Positions 37,810 through 47,759 of a DNA stretch of 64,000 bases are shown here, one piece after another (within the stretch, counting starts at the first letter, position 1; each line of letters begins with the position of its first letter). Position numbers and translations under genes: made by a program. The DNA lies in assembly GCA_040223615.1 (NCBI GenBank), contig JAVKFY010000069.1:1-64000 (forward strand), given 5' to 3'. The notes under the pieces were generated by a model, which was not told where the DNA came from, searched no databases, and saw only the letters and a program-made list of their open reading frames with translations. The DNA is from Alphaproteobacteria bacterium. GTDB lineage: Bacteria > Pseudomonadota > Alphaproteobacteria > GCA-2731375.

Positions 37810-38904
37810 ATGGACATAGCCGTCATCGGCGGCGGACACGGTTGCTACGCCGCCGCCGCGGACTTGAGCGAGCAGGGTCACAGCGTGCGCCTTTGGCGCC
37901 GGGACGGCGCCGCGCTCGAACCGCTGAAGGCACGCGGCGGGCTGGTGCTGAAAGACTTCAAGGGCAGCCGCGACGTGCCGCTGTCGATGATCACCGACGA
38001 CATCGCCGAGGCGGCACACGGTGCCGAAGTGGTGCTTTCACCGCTGCCGGCGACGGCACAGGAAGGTGTCGCCGAGGCGCTGGCGCCACACCTGGTCGAC
38101 GGCCAGATCGTGTTCATCCCGCCCGGCACGTTCGGCAGCGTGGTGATGGCCCGCATCGTCGCGCGCGCCGGCAACCGGTCCAAGGTCGTGTTCGCCGAGT
38201 CCGGCACCCTGCCCTATCTCGCCCGCCGCCACGCGCCGGACACGATCGCCATCACCACCCGCGCCACCCGGCTGCCGACCGGCGTGTTTCCGGCCGACGC
38301 ATCGGAGCCGGCGCTGGCCGCATTGCATCGGATCTATCCGGCCGTGGAGCCACTGCGCGACGCGCTGGACGCGGCAACGATGAACGCCGGCCCGATCATC
38401 CATCCGCCGCTGATCGTGATGAACGCCGGCCCGCTGGAGAGCCAGGAACGCTGGGACATCCACAACGAGGGCACCGTGCCGGCGATCCGTGCCGTCACCG
38501 ACAAGCTGGACGACGAGCGCATCGCCATCCGCGAGGCGCTGGGCTACGGCGAGCCGCACTTCCCGCTGGCCGACCACTACGACCCCTCGCGCCCGGAGTG
38601 GATGTACGGCAACGCCGCGCACGAGCGGCTGACCGACAGCGGCGACTGGCGCGAGCACATCGACCTGCATCACCACCGCTACATGCGCGAGGACGTCTCG
38701 CAGGGGCTGTGCCTGCTGGTCTCGCTGGCCGAATGGACCCGGGTGAAGGCGCCGACGGCGGCCGGCCTGCTGGCGCTGGCCAGCGCCGTGCTCGACGAGG
38801 ACCTGCGCGCCACCGGCCGGAGCTGGGAAAAGCTCGGTCTGGCCGAGATCAGCCGGGGCGGCCTGCGCCGCCTGCTCGACGCCGGCCTGCCCGGCGCGGT
38901 ATGA
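37810..38904 (+). CDS. NAD/NADP octopine/nopaline dehydrogenase family protein
   Basis: MDIAVIGGGHGCYAAAADL Rossmann N-terminus and opine dehydrogenase C-terminal domain. Confidence 0.7.
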   Translation: MDIAVIGGGHGCYAAAADLSEQGHSVRLWRRDGAALEPLKARGGLVLKDFKGSRDVPLSMITDDIAEAAHGAEVVLSPLPATAQEGVAEALAPHLVDGQIVFIPPGTFGSVVMARIVARAGNRSKVVFAESGTLPYLARRHAPDTIAITTRATRLPTGVFPADASEPALAALHRIYPAVEPLRDALDAATMNAGPIIHPPLIVMNAGPLESQERWDIHNEGTVPAIRAVTDKLDDERIAIREALGYGEPHFPLADHYDPSRPEWMYGNAAHERLTDSGDWREHIDLHHHRYMREDVSQGLCLLVSLAEWTRVKAPTAAGLLALASAVLDEDLRATGRSWEKLGLAEISRGGLRRLLDAGLPGAV

Positions 38905-38939
38905 CCGCCGGGAACCTTTCGACCTGACGGGGAGCGACG

Positions 38940-40478
38940 ATGCATCCGGGCATCCATGCGGCGCAGACGCCGGACAAGCCGGCCTATATCATGGCCAACA
39001 GCGGCCGCGCGGTGAGCTACAAGGCGCTGAACGACGCGTCGTGCCGGATGGCTCAGATGCTGACGTCGCTGGGGCTGACGTACGGCGAGTCGATCGCCAT
39101 CTTCATGGAGAACAACGAGCACTATTTCCCGCTGTGCTGGGGCGCGCACCGGGCCGGGCTCTACTACACCTGCATCTCCAGCTACCTGACCGCGCCGGAG
39201 ATCGACTACATCCTGCGCGACTGCGGCGCCAGGGCCGTGTTCACCACCGCCGCCCGCGCCGAGGTCTCCGAAAAGCTGCTGCCGCTGCTCGACGGGATCG
39301 AGCATCGCTTCGCGGTCGGCGGCGACCTGCCCGGCTACCAGCGCTACGAGACCGCGGTTGCGAATTATCCGGCCGAGCCGCTGGCCCAGGAATGGGAGGG
39401 CAGCGACATGCTGTACTCCTCCGGCACCACCGGCCGGCCCAAGGGCATCAAGATCGCGCTGAAGGACGAGCCGTTCGGCACCCCCGGCACCCTGCTCGAC
39501 CTGACCCGCAAGCTCTACGGCATGGACGAGAATGTCGTCTATCTGTCGCCGGCGCCGCTCTATCACGCCGCGCCGCTGCGCTTCAATCTGGCGGTCCAGC
39601 GCCTGGGCGGCACCTGCATCGTGATGGAGCACTTCGATGCCGAACAGGCCCTGGCGCTGATCCAGAAACACCGCTGCACGCACAGCCAATGGGTGCCCAC
39701 TCATTTCGTGCGCATGCTGAAGCTGCCGGCGGAAGCGCGCGAGACGTACGACGTCTCGTCGATGCGGGTCGCGATCCACGCCGCCGCGCCATGCCCGGCG
39801 CAGGTCAAGCAGCAGATGATCGAGTGGTGGGGCCCGGTGCTGTTCGAGTACTACGCCGGCACCGAGGGCAACGGCTTCGTTGCCATCGGCTCTAAGGACT
39901 GGCTGGAACACAAGGGCTCGGTCGGCCGTGCCCTGGTCGGCGTGCTGCATATTGTCGACGACGAGGGCAACGAACTGCCGCCCGGCGAGGCCGGCACCAT
40001 CTACTTCGCCGACGGCAACGAGTTCGCCTATCACAACGACCCGGAGAAGACCGCCGCCTCGCGCAACGAGAAGGGCTGGAGCACGCTGGGCGACGTCGGC
40101 TACGTCGACGCCGACGGCTGGCTCTACCTGACCGACCGCAAGGCCTACATGATCATCTCCGGCGGCGTGAACATCTACCCGCAGGAGGTCGAGAACCTGC
40201 TGGTCACGCACCCGGCGGTGCTCGATTGCGCCATCATCGGCGTGCCGCACGACGAGTTCGGCGAGGAGGTGAAGGCAGTGGTGCAGCCCGTCGAGGGCGT
40301 CGAGCCCGGCCCCGGCCTGGCTGAGGAATTGATCGCCTTCTGCCGCGCCGAACTCAGCCGCGTGAAATGCCCACGCAGCGTCGACTTTGTTGATGAACTG
40401 CCACGCCACGCCAACGGCAAGCTGTACAAGCGCCTGGTCCGCGACCGCTACTGGGGCAAGGAAAGCCGGATCGTATGA
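38940..40478 (+). CDS. acyl-CoA synthetase (AMP-binding, class I adenylate-forming enzyme)
   Basis: YSSGTTGRPKG AMP-binding motif, C-terminal PRHANGKLYKR lysine motif. Confidence 0.85.
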   Translation: MHPGIHAAQTPDKPAYIMANSGRAVSYKALNDASCRMAQMLTSLGLTYGESIAIFMENNEHYFPLCWGAHRAGLYYTCISSYLTAPEIDYILRDCGARAVFTTAARAEVSEKLLPLLDGIEHRFAVGGDLPGYQRYETAVANYPAEPLAQEWEGSDMLYSSGTTGRPKGIKIALKDEPFGTPGTLLDLTRKLYGMDENVVYLSPAPLYHAAPLRFNLAVQRLGGTCIVMEHFDAEQALALIQKHRCTHSQWVPTHFVRMLKLPAEARETYDVSSMRVAIHAAAPCPAQVKQQMIEWWGPVLFEYYAGTEGNGFVAIGSKDWLEHKGSVGRALVGVLHIVDDEGNELPPGEAGTIYFADGNEFAYHNDPEKTAASRNEKGWSTLGDVGYVDADGWLYLTDRKAYMIISGGVNIYPQEVENLLVTHPAVLDCAIIGVPHDEFGEEVKAVVQPVEGVEPGPGLAEELIAFCRAELSRVKCPRSVDFVDELPRHANGKLYKRLVRDRYWGKESRIV

Positions 40479-40548
40479 CGGGGACAACGCACGGCTTCCG
40501 CGATCCCCGGATCAAGTCCGGACATGACGATGGTTCAACCTATCCGTC

Positions 40549-41571
40549 ATGGCCCGGCTTGACCCGGCCATCTCCTGGGCCGGCATGACGACATTGCAGA
40601 GGCCCCGCATCGCCGCGCTCGGCGCCGGGCGCATGGGACGCGGGCTGGCACACGTCTTCGCTTATGCAGGCCACGAGGTCGCACTGATCGACCTGAAGCC
40701 GCGCGATCGCTCCATCGCCGACGAGGCGCGTCACGAGATCGCCTCGAACCTGTCGAAGCTGGCCTATCTCGGCGTGTTCGAGGCGCAACGCATCGACGAC
40801 ATGCTGGCGCGCATCACGTTCGTCGAGGCGGCCGACGCCGAGGCTGCGCTGGCCGGGGCCGACGTGGTCTTCGAGGGCGTGCCGGAGACCGCCGAGGCCA
40901 AACGGCCGGCGCTCGAACTGATGGGCCGCGCGGCGAAGGCGGACGCGATCCTGGCCTCGACCACCTCGACCATGCTGGTCGACGAGCTCGCCGCCTTCGC
41001 CGGCCGGCCGGACCGGTTTTTGAACGCGCACTGGCTCAACCCGGCCTACCTGATCCCGCTGGTCGAGGTCTCGCCGGGTGCGGCCACCGACCCGGCCGTC
41101 ACCGAGGCGATGACCGCCCTGCTCACCTCGGCCGGCAAGCAGCCGGTGGTCTGTGCCGCTCGGCCCGGCTTCATCGTGCCGCGGATCCAGGCACTGGCGA
41201 TGAACGAGGCCGCGCGCATGGTCGAGGAAGGCGTCGCCGCTCCGGCCGAGATCGACAGGGCGATCCGCTATGGCTTCGGCGTGCGCTACGCGGTGATGGG
41301 GCTGATCGAATTCATCGACTGGGGTGGCGGCGACATCCTGTACCACGCCTCGAACTACCTGACCGGCGCGCTCGGCTCCGACCGCTACGCCGCGCCGGAC
41401 ATCGTCAACCGCAACATGGCAGAAGGGAATATCGGCTTGAAGTCCGGCCAGGGCTTCTACGACTTCCGCGACCTCGACCTGGACGCGCACCAGCGCGAGA
41501 CGCTGCGCAAATTCGTCGACCTGCTGCGCCACCTCGACCTGTTGCCGCCGCCCGCCGACACGGCGCCGTAA
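40549..41571 (+). CDS. 3-hydroxyacyl-CoA dehydrogenase family protein
   Basis: IAALGAGRMGRGLA Rossmann motif; HAD N- and C-terminal domains. Confidence 0.8.
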   Translation: MARLDPAISWAGMTTLQRPRIAALGAGRMGRGLAHVFAYAGHEVALIDLKPRDRSIADEARHEIASNLSKLAYLGVFEAQRIDDMLARITFVEAADAEAALAGADVVFEGVPETAEAKRPALELMGRAAKADAILASTTSTMLVDELAAFAGRPDRFLNAHWLNPAYLIPLVEVSPGAATDPAVTEAMTALLTSAGKQPVVCAARPGFIVPRIQALAMNEAARMVEEGVAAPAEIDRAIRYGFGVRYAVMGLIEFIDWGGGDILYHASNYLTGALGSDRYAAPDIVNRNMAEGNIGLKSGQGFYDFRDLDLDAHQRETLRKFVDLLRHLDLLPPPADTAP

Positions 41572-41631
41572 ACCTTTGTTAACGACGGTTCGGCCAAGGT
41601 GCGCCGGGGTCTGTAACAAGGAAACCGAGCC

Positions 41632-42480
41632 GTGTCCGAAGCCGATATTGCCCGCGAGCGTATCCGCGCCGTCGTTGAGGAGTTGTCCTCCGACCTGTCG
41701 GTGATCCGCGACGTGGCGCGCCAGATCGAGAAGATCGCAGCGCAGACCAACCTGCTGGCGCTGAACGCCACCATCGAGGCGGCGCGCGCCGGCGATGCCG
41801 GCAAGGGCTTCGCCGTGGTCGCCGGCGAGGTGAAGAACCTGTCCGGCGCCACCAAGCGGGCGACGGTCCAGCTCGAGGACATCATCAACACCGTCGAAGG
41901 CCGCGTCAGCGAGATGAAGCAGACGCTGACCGACAGCGACAACGACAGCGGCGCGACCGGCATGGCGAAGCCGGCGATGGCGTCCGCCGCGCCGGTGGCG
42001 ACCTCGGTCGTCAAATCGGAGACGAAATCCCTGGCGCTGCCGACACGCGCGGCCAAGGCGCCGCTTTCGGCGAGCGAGATCAAGCTGGTGCGGGACAGCT
42101 TCGCCAAGGTCGAGACCATCGCCGATCAGGTCGCCGAGATGTTCTACACCCGACTGTTCGAGCTCGACCCCAGCGTGCGCGAGCTGTTCCAGGGCGACAT
42201 GGCCGAGCAGGGCCGCAACCTGATGTCGACCCTGGAGCTGGTGGTCAACGGCCTGACCAAGCTCGATTCGATCCTGCCAGCGGTCCATGTGCTGGGCCAG
42301 CGTCACGCCGGCTATGGCGTGCGCGACGACCACTACGACACCTTCGGCGCGGCTCTGGTCCAGACCCTGCAAGAGGGTCTCGGCGAGTCCTTCACCTACG
42401 AGACCGAGCAGGCCTGGCTGGCCGCCTACACCCTCCTGGCCGACGCGATGAAGCAGGCGGCACACGAACTCGCCGCCTGA
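41632..42480 (+). CDS. chimeric protein: MCP highly-conserved signalling-hairpin fragment fused N-terminally to a single-domain (VHb-like) globin
   Basis: Residues ~25-90 are [43 protein letters not shown] (MCP signal-domain tip). The C-terminal ~135 aa align with bacterial haemoglobin (…[17 protein letters not shown]…[17 protein letters not shown]…). There is no TM segment. Confidence 0.65.
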   Translation: MSEADIARERIRAVVEELSSDLSVIRDVARQIEKIAAQTNLLALNATIEAARAGDAGKGFAVVAGEVKNLSGATKRATVQLEDIINTVEGRVSEMKQTLTDSDNDSGATGMAKPAMASAAPVATSVVKSETKSLALPTRAAKAPLSASEIKLVRDSFAKVETIADQVAEMFYTRLFELDPSVRELFQGDMAEQGRNLMSTLELVVNGLTKLDSILPAVHVLGQRHAGYGVRDDHYDTFGAALVQTLQEGLGESFTYETEQAWLAAYTLLADAMKQAAHELAA

Positions 42481-42583
42481 CCGGCGCCGCTGATCCCGTA
42501 ACCTTGTTGTCCATCGCCGGCTCTCACTACGATGCATCGGCGGGGGACAGCATGAATCCACGACAGCAACGACCAGGCGCGAC

Positions 42584-44398
42584 GTGAGCGAGAGCTCGCG
42601 CCGCCTGACCGCGACCTGGCTGCCGGTGCTGCTGCTGGCGGTGGTGCAGGGCGCGGCGATCACCCGCAATGGCGGCGCGGTGCTGAACGGCGAGCTGTTC
42701 GGCCCCGATGCCTACATGCGCCTGAACCGGGTGTGGCTGCTGCTCACCGAGGGCGACTGGTTCAGCTCGGCGATGCCGCGCGCCAACGTGCCTTACGGCG
42801 ACGTGCTGCACTGGACCCGGCCGTTCGACATCCTGATCGCCGCACTGGCCGCGCCGCTCGCCCTGTTCACCGACCTGAAGGCGGCGATCTACTGGGCCGG
42901 CCTGTTCGTCTCGCCGATCCTCTATTTCCTGTCGCTGTCGGCGTTGTACTGGGCGGTGCGGCCGCTGCTGGACAAGGAAGCCCGCTTCTACCTCGGCTTC
43001 CTGTTCCTGTTCCAGCTCGCCATCCTCGGCCAGTTCTCGATCGGCCGGCCGGACCACCACGGCCTGCTCTGCCTGCTGTTCATCGTCCAGGTCGGCCAGG
43101 GCCTGCGCCTGCTCGCCGACGACGTGGCGCCACGCACCACGATTGCCGCCGGCCTGACCACGGCGGCGTTCATCTGGGTCGCGCCGGAGGGGCTGGTCGC
43201 CGGCTTCCTGCTGACCGTCGCCGTCGGCCTGTTCTGGCTGACGCGCGGCGGCGCCGACATCGCCCGGCGCGGCCTCGGCCACGCCATCGGCGCCGCCGTC
43301 GGCATCGCCGTGGCGCTGCTGGTGGAACGGCCGCCGGCACACTGGCTCGCGATCGAACACGACAAGATCTCCGCCTTTCACCTGCTGCTGTTCTCGCTGG
43401 CGGCGGTGTTCTGGGTCGTCGCCACGTTGCCATGGCGGCGCTGGCCGACGCGGCTGGCGGTCGGCGCCGCCGGCGGCCTCGTCGTCGCCGCCTTCGTCGC
43501 GCTGCTGTATCCCGACGCGGTAGCCGGGCCGTTGGCGGCGGTCGACCCGCGGGTGCGCGAACTCTGGTTCGTGGTGATCTCCGAGGCGCAGTCGCCGGTC
43601 GACCTGTCGAATCCCGGAACCACCGCCCGTCGGATGCTGACCTACCTGGGGCCGCTGATCGTCGCGGTGCCTATGCTGGCCTGGCTGATCCGCTCGCGCG
43701 ACGGCGCGGCGCGCCGGCAATGGGGGCTGCTGGCGCTGTTGCTGGCCGCCTACGTCGCGCTGGCGCTGGATGAGCTGCGCTGGATGTATTACCCGCAGGT
43801 GCTGTTCCTGCCGGCCTACGCCGCCGCATTGATGGCGCTGCTGAACCGGCTGAACGTGGCCGAGCGGCCGGCCGGCGCCGGGCCCGGCACGGTCGCCGGC
43901 GTGACCCTGGCCCGGCTGGGTCTGATCCTGCTTTTCGGCGCCGGATTCCTGACCGTGGCGGCGCTGTTTCCGCCACCGCCCAACGCCACCCGGTCGCACA
44001 GTTGCGACCTGCAGGGCGTCGCGCGGATGCTGAACGCGAGACCGGGGCTGGGCGACCGGCCGCGCCGGATCATGGCGTTCAACTTCACCGGGGCGGAGTT
44101 CATCTACCGCACCGGCCACGGCTTCGTCGCCACGCCCTATCATCGCAACCGGCAGGGCATTCTCGACGGCTACGACTTCTTCGCCAGCACCGACCTGGCG
44201 GTCGCCAAGGAGATCGCCGATCGGCGCGGCATCGATCTGGTGCTGTTCTGCCCCACCGACAACGAAGCGCGGATGTATCGCGGCGGCGACGCGGTGACGG
44301 TGTTCGAACGGCTGCGCGACGGTCCCGTACCGGGCTGGCTACGGCCCCTGCCCGTCGATCCCGAACTCGGTTATCTGCTGTTCGAGACCGCGCGCTAA
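42584..44398 (+). CDS. polytopic membrane protein, GT-C-like (PMT/ArnT-type glycosyltransferase-like) – hypothetical
   Basis: 604 aa, ~11 predicted TM helices with periplasmic C-terminal soluble domain. Confidence 0.45.
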   Translation: MSESSRRLTATWLPVLLLAVVQGAAITRNGGAVLNGELFGPDAYMRLNRVWLLLTEGDWFSSAMPRANVPYGDVLHWTRPFDILIAALAAPLALFTDLKAAIYWAGLFVSPILYFLSLSALYWAVRPLLDKEARFYLGFLFLFQLAILGQFSIGRPDHHGLLCLLFIVQVGQGLRLLADDVAPRTTIAAGLTTAAFIWVAPEGLVAGFLLTVAVGLFWLTRGGADIARRGLGHAIGAAVGIAVALLVERPPAHWLAIEHDKISAFHLLLFSLAAVFWVVATLPWRRWPTRLAVGAAGGLVVAAFVALLYPDAVAGPLAAVDPRVRELWFVVISEAQSPVDLSNPGTTARRMLTYLGPLIVAVPMLAWLIRSRDGAARRQWGLLALLLAAYVALALDELRWMYYPQVLFLPAYAAALMALLNRLNVAERPAGAGPGTVAGVTLARLGLILLFGAGFLTVAALFPPPPNATRSHSCDLQGVARMLNARPGLGDRPRRIMAFNFTGAEFIYRTGHGFVATPYHRNRQGILDGYDFFASTDLAVAKEIADRRGIDLVLFCPTDNEARMYRGGDAVTVFERLRDGPVPGWLRPLPVDPELGYLLFETAR

Positions 44399-45603
44399 CC
44401 CGCGTCCGATACCTCGATCACCGTCGCCATGGCGCTGTCGCCGGCGGCACAGCCGTGGAACAGGCCGATACCGCCGCCGCGCAGCGCCAGTTCCTCGATC
44501 AGCTCGATGATCAGCCGCATGCCGGTCGGCCCCTGCGGGTGACCGAAGATCAGCGAGCAGCCGTAATTGTTCATCTTCTCCAGCGGGAAGCCGGTTTCGC
44601 GTGCGAACACGATATCGTTCACGGCGAACGGGTTGTGCGACTTCACCACGTCGACAGCGTCGATGCCGATGCCGGCATGGGCGAGCGCGCGGCGGGCCGC
44701 CTCGACCGGCGCCTGCGGCATGTGGCCCTTCTCGGTGCGCGACTGGCCGAAGCCCTTCAGACGGATGCGGATGCTCGGGTCGCGCGACAATGCGGCCGCC
44801 TTGTCCGGCGTGGTGACGACGATGGCGGCGGTGCCGTCCGCCGGGTGGGTCTGGCCGCCGAACGTGACGGTGCCCTCGGGCAGCACCGGCTTCAGCGCCG
44901 CGAGCTTGTCGGCATCGGTGACGACGATGCCCTCATCGCCGGCCAGTGTCGCCTGGGTGTTGCGGAAGCGCGCGTCGGGCACCTCGAACGGCAAGGTCAT
45001 GTAGCGGCGCTGGAACGCGGCGTCATCGGCCAGCGCATCCTGGTATTGGGCGTAGCGGCGCAGCACCACGTCATGCTGCTCCTCGGTGGTGATCTGGTAC
45101 TTGGCGGCGACTCGCTCGGCGGTCTCCACCATCGCGTTCTTGGCGTAGGGATCGTGGCCGAAATTGTCCAGCACCCAGTCCTCGTGCGCGCCGGTGCCTC
45201 CGGGCCCGCCGGGCGCCGGGTAGTAGACGTGCGGCCCGTTCGAGGTCCGGTCGGCGGTCACCGCCAGCGACGTCGTCGCCATGCCGCTGTCCAGCTCCTG
45301 CGCCGCGCTCAGCAGCACACGCGCGCCGGTGGCGCAGGCCTGGTTGATCGTCGGCCCGGTCACCGCGTCGTTGCCCAGCAGCGCCGTCAGCCACGGCAGG
45401 CCCCAGAACACCTGCCGCTGGATCACCGTCATGCCGAGCACGCCATGGTCGATCGCGTCCAGCGGGATGTCGCGCCGGGCCAGTTCCGCCTTGGCGACGT
45501 GGGCACCGAACTGCAGCGCGTGCAGGTGCGCCAGGCTGCCCTGCCAACGCGCGAAAGGCGTGCTCCAGTAGGCGCCGTAGGGAATCTCCGCGTTCAGGGC
45601 CAT
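44395..45603 (-). CDS. thiolase family protein (acetyl-CoA C-acyltransferase-like)
   Basis: NQACATGA active-site Cys region, C-terminal GHPQGPTGMR and CAAGD… thiolase signatures. Confidence 0.85.
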   Translation of the reverse strand: MALNAEIPYGAYWSTPFARWQGSLAHLHALQFGAHVAKAELARRDIPLDAIDHGVLGMTVIQRQVFWGLPWLTALLGNDAVTGPTINQACATGARVLLSAAQELDSGMATTSLAVTADRTSNGPHVYYPAPGGPGGTGAHEDWVLDNFGHDPYAKNAMVETAERVAAKYQITTEEQHDVVLRRYAQYQDALADDAAFQRRYMTLPFEVPDARFRNTQATLAGDEGIVVTDADKLAALKPVLPEGTVTFGGQTHPADGTAAIVVTTPDKAAALSRDPSIRIRLKGFGQSRTEKGHMPQAPVEAARRALAHAGIGIDAVDVVKSHNPFAVNDIVFARETGFPLEKMNNYGCSLIFGHPQGPTGMRLIIELIEELALRGGGIGLFHGCAAGDSAMATVIEVSDAG

Positions 45604-45607
45604 ATCG

Positions 45608-46576
45608 CTACCTCTGGTATCCCAGCCGCTCCGGTCCCGGATCGGCCGCCATCGCCTCGCCGCCGCGCACCAGGTCGCGAAAGCGATGCGACAGCTCCAC
45701 GCCGGCCACCGCGTGCCCGCGGTTCTTGCGCAGCACCAGGTCGACCGTCTCGCGAAACGGCACCAGCGCTTCGTTGACCAGTTGCAGGTTCACCGAGTGC
45801 CAGATGTTGGCGACGTACTCGTCGAACTGCGCGGTGTCGAGGTCCTTCAGCCGCTCGAAATATTCGTTGTCCTTGTCCGCGGTGGCCTCGCGCGCCTGCA
45901 CGAAACGGTCGTGGAACCAGCTCTCCACATCGTCCGGCGCCGCCTCGACGTAGACCGCGCAGTCCAGGAAGTCGCGCACGCCATAGGCCTCGCCGTGATA
46001 GTGGAACTGTTCCGACAGCAGGTTCACGCCCTCCAGGACCATCACCTCGCCGATTTCGATCAGGCGGCTCTGGCCGGCGACGATGTCCTTCTGCTCGTGG
46101 CTGTAGACCGGGATCTCCTGCGGCGCCCGCGACGGATGGCGCAGGCCGGTCAGGAACGCCAGCAAACGTGCCACGTCGAAGCTCTCCGGAAAGCCCTTGC
46201 GGCTCATCCGGCCCATGCCCTCCAGCATGTGATTGGGATAGAGGAAGGCGTCGGTGGTGACCACCACGGTCCCGTCCAGGCCGAGCCGCGACAGCCGGTT
46301 GCGCAGTTGCAGCGCCAGCGTCGACTTGCCGACCGCCACCGAGCCGGTGATGCCGACCAGGAACGGCCCGGCGTCGTAGGCCAGCCGCCGGTGCCGGTTG
46401 TGCAAGTGCCACAGCAGTTGCGCCAGCGCCACCACGCCGGGGTCGCCATCGACCGTTCCCAGGCTCGACGACCCCTCCTCCGCGGCGACGAAGCGCGCGA
46501 ACGCTTCCGGGGTCAATCGATCGAAGCGAGCGTCCATGGCGACCATATGCCCCCAGCCATCTCGCGGTTGCAACAT
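45608..46576 (-). CDS. coaA: type I pantothenate kinase
   Basis: GITGSVAVGKST P-loop and overall co-linearity with CoaA; 4 nt upstream of the thiolase gene. Confidence 0.75.
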   Translation of the reverse strand: MLQPRDGWGHMVAMDARFDRLTPEAFARFVAAEEGSSSLGTVDGDPGVVALAQLLWHLHNRHRRLAYDAGPFLVGITGSVAVGKSTLALQLRNRLSRLGLDGTVVVTTDAFLYPNHMLEGMGRMSRKGFPESFDVARLLAFLTGLRHPSRAPQEIPVYSHEQKDIVAGQSRLIEIGEVMVLEGVNLLSEQFHYHGEAYGVRDFLDCAVYVEAAPDDVESWFHDRFVQAREATADKDNEYFERLKDLDTAQFDEYVANIWHSVNLQLVNEALVPFRETVDLVLRKNRGHAVAGVELSHRFRDLVRGGEAMAADPGPERLGYQR

Positions 46577-46659
46577 GCGGCATGAAAAAGCCGCCGCAGA
46601 ACCTGCGGCGGCTTCTTAGGTTCGAACCCTAGTCGATTCTATAGGCTGCCTTATTAGCG

Positions 46660-47490
46660 CTATTGCGAAATCCACAGACGCATATTCTCGCGGGCGACGA
46701 AGGCGCCTTCCCAGGCGAAGCGCGCTTCGCTCTCCAGACGCTCCATGAAGATGTCCTCATGGTCCGGGTCGTGGTGGAAGATCGCCAGCCGCTTGGCGTT
46801 CGCCATCTGGCACAGCCGCACGCCCTCCTCCCAGGTCGAGTGGCCCCAGCCGACCTTGGAGAGGAACTCCTTCTCCGTGTAGGTGCTGTCGTAGATCACC
46901 AGGTCGGCACCCTCGATCAGGTCGAGGATATTCTGGTTCGGCTTGCCAGGTATGTGCTCGGTGTCGGTGACGTAGCACAGCGAATTGCCGCGATAGTTGA
47001 TGCGGTAGCCGGTGGCGTTGTCGGGGTGGTTGAGCTGCGTGGTGACGATCTCGACCTCATCGCCGAGCATGAAGTTGTCGCCGGCGACGAAATCCTCGAA
47101 GTCCATCTGCGACTGCATGGTCTCCAGCGGCACCGGGAAGGTCGGCTGATTCATCTGCCCGGCGATCACGTCGCGGATGCCGATATTCTTGTCGAACAGA
47201 TGGCCGGCCATGATCTTGAAGCTGAAGTCCGGCCGAAACGCCGGCGAGAAGAACGGGAAGCCGTTGATGTGATCCCAATGCGTATGCGACAGCAGGATCG
47301 TGGCCTCCTTGCAGTTCTTCTTGGTCAGCCAGTGGCCGAGATTGCGCAGGCCGGTACCACAATCGAAGATGATCTTGTGGCCGCCGCAGCTCACCTCGAT
47401 ACAGCTGGTGTTGCCGCCAAAGGCGACATATTTGGCCGACGGGCAAGCGATACTGCCGCGCACGCCCCAGAACTTCAGCTTGAAACTCAT
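46660..47490 (-). CDS. MBL-fold metallo-hydrolase
   Basis: HTHWDH motif (LLSHTHWDHINGFP) and downstream His/Asp ligands. Confidence 0.8.
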   Translation of the reverse strand: MSFKLKFWGVRGSIACPSAKYVAFGGNTSCIEVSCGGHKIIFDCGTGLRNLGHWLTKKNCKEATILLSHTHWDHINGFPFFSPAFRPDFSFKIMAGHLFDKNIGIRDVIAGQMNQPTFPVPLETMQSQMDFEDFVAGDNFMLGDEVEIVTTQLNHPDNATGYRINYRGNSLCYVTDTEHIPGKPNQNILDLIEGADLVIYDSTYTEKEFLSKVGWGHSTWEEGVRLCQMANAKRLAIFHHDPDHEDIFMERLESEARFAWEGAFVARENMRLWISQ

Positions 47491-47759
47491 GCCGGGCCTC
47501 GTCCATCAAATTCAGCCTCGGCGACACGTCCTGGCAAGGCCAACCGAGGCAATTCATCGCGCGTGCCGCTCGTCGGCATCACGGTCCCTCTATGGGCAAC
47601 GGGTATTGTTGTTTTTCCGCATGCCCTCGAAAACGGTCACATTGCATTTAGGCCGATACGCCCCCGAATCACTGAGCGCGAATGATTATAGGTCTCTTCA
47701 GCCGCATCTCGCCAAAATAAGTCACAAGGCTTAACAACGAATGTGACGGCAATCACTCA

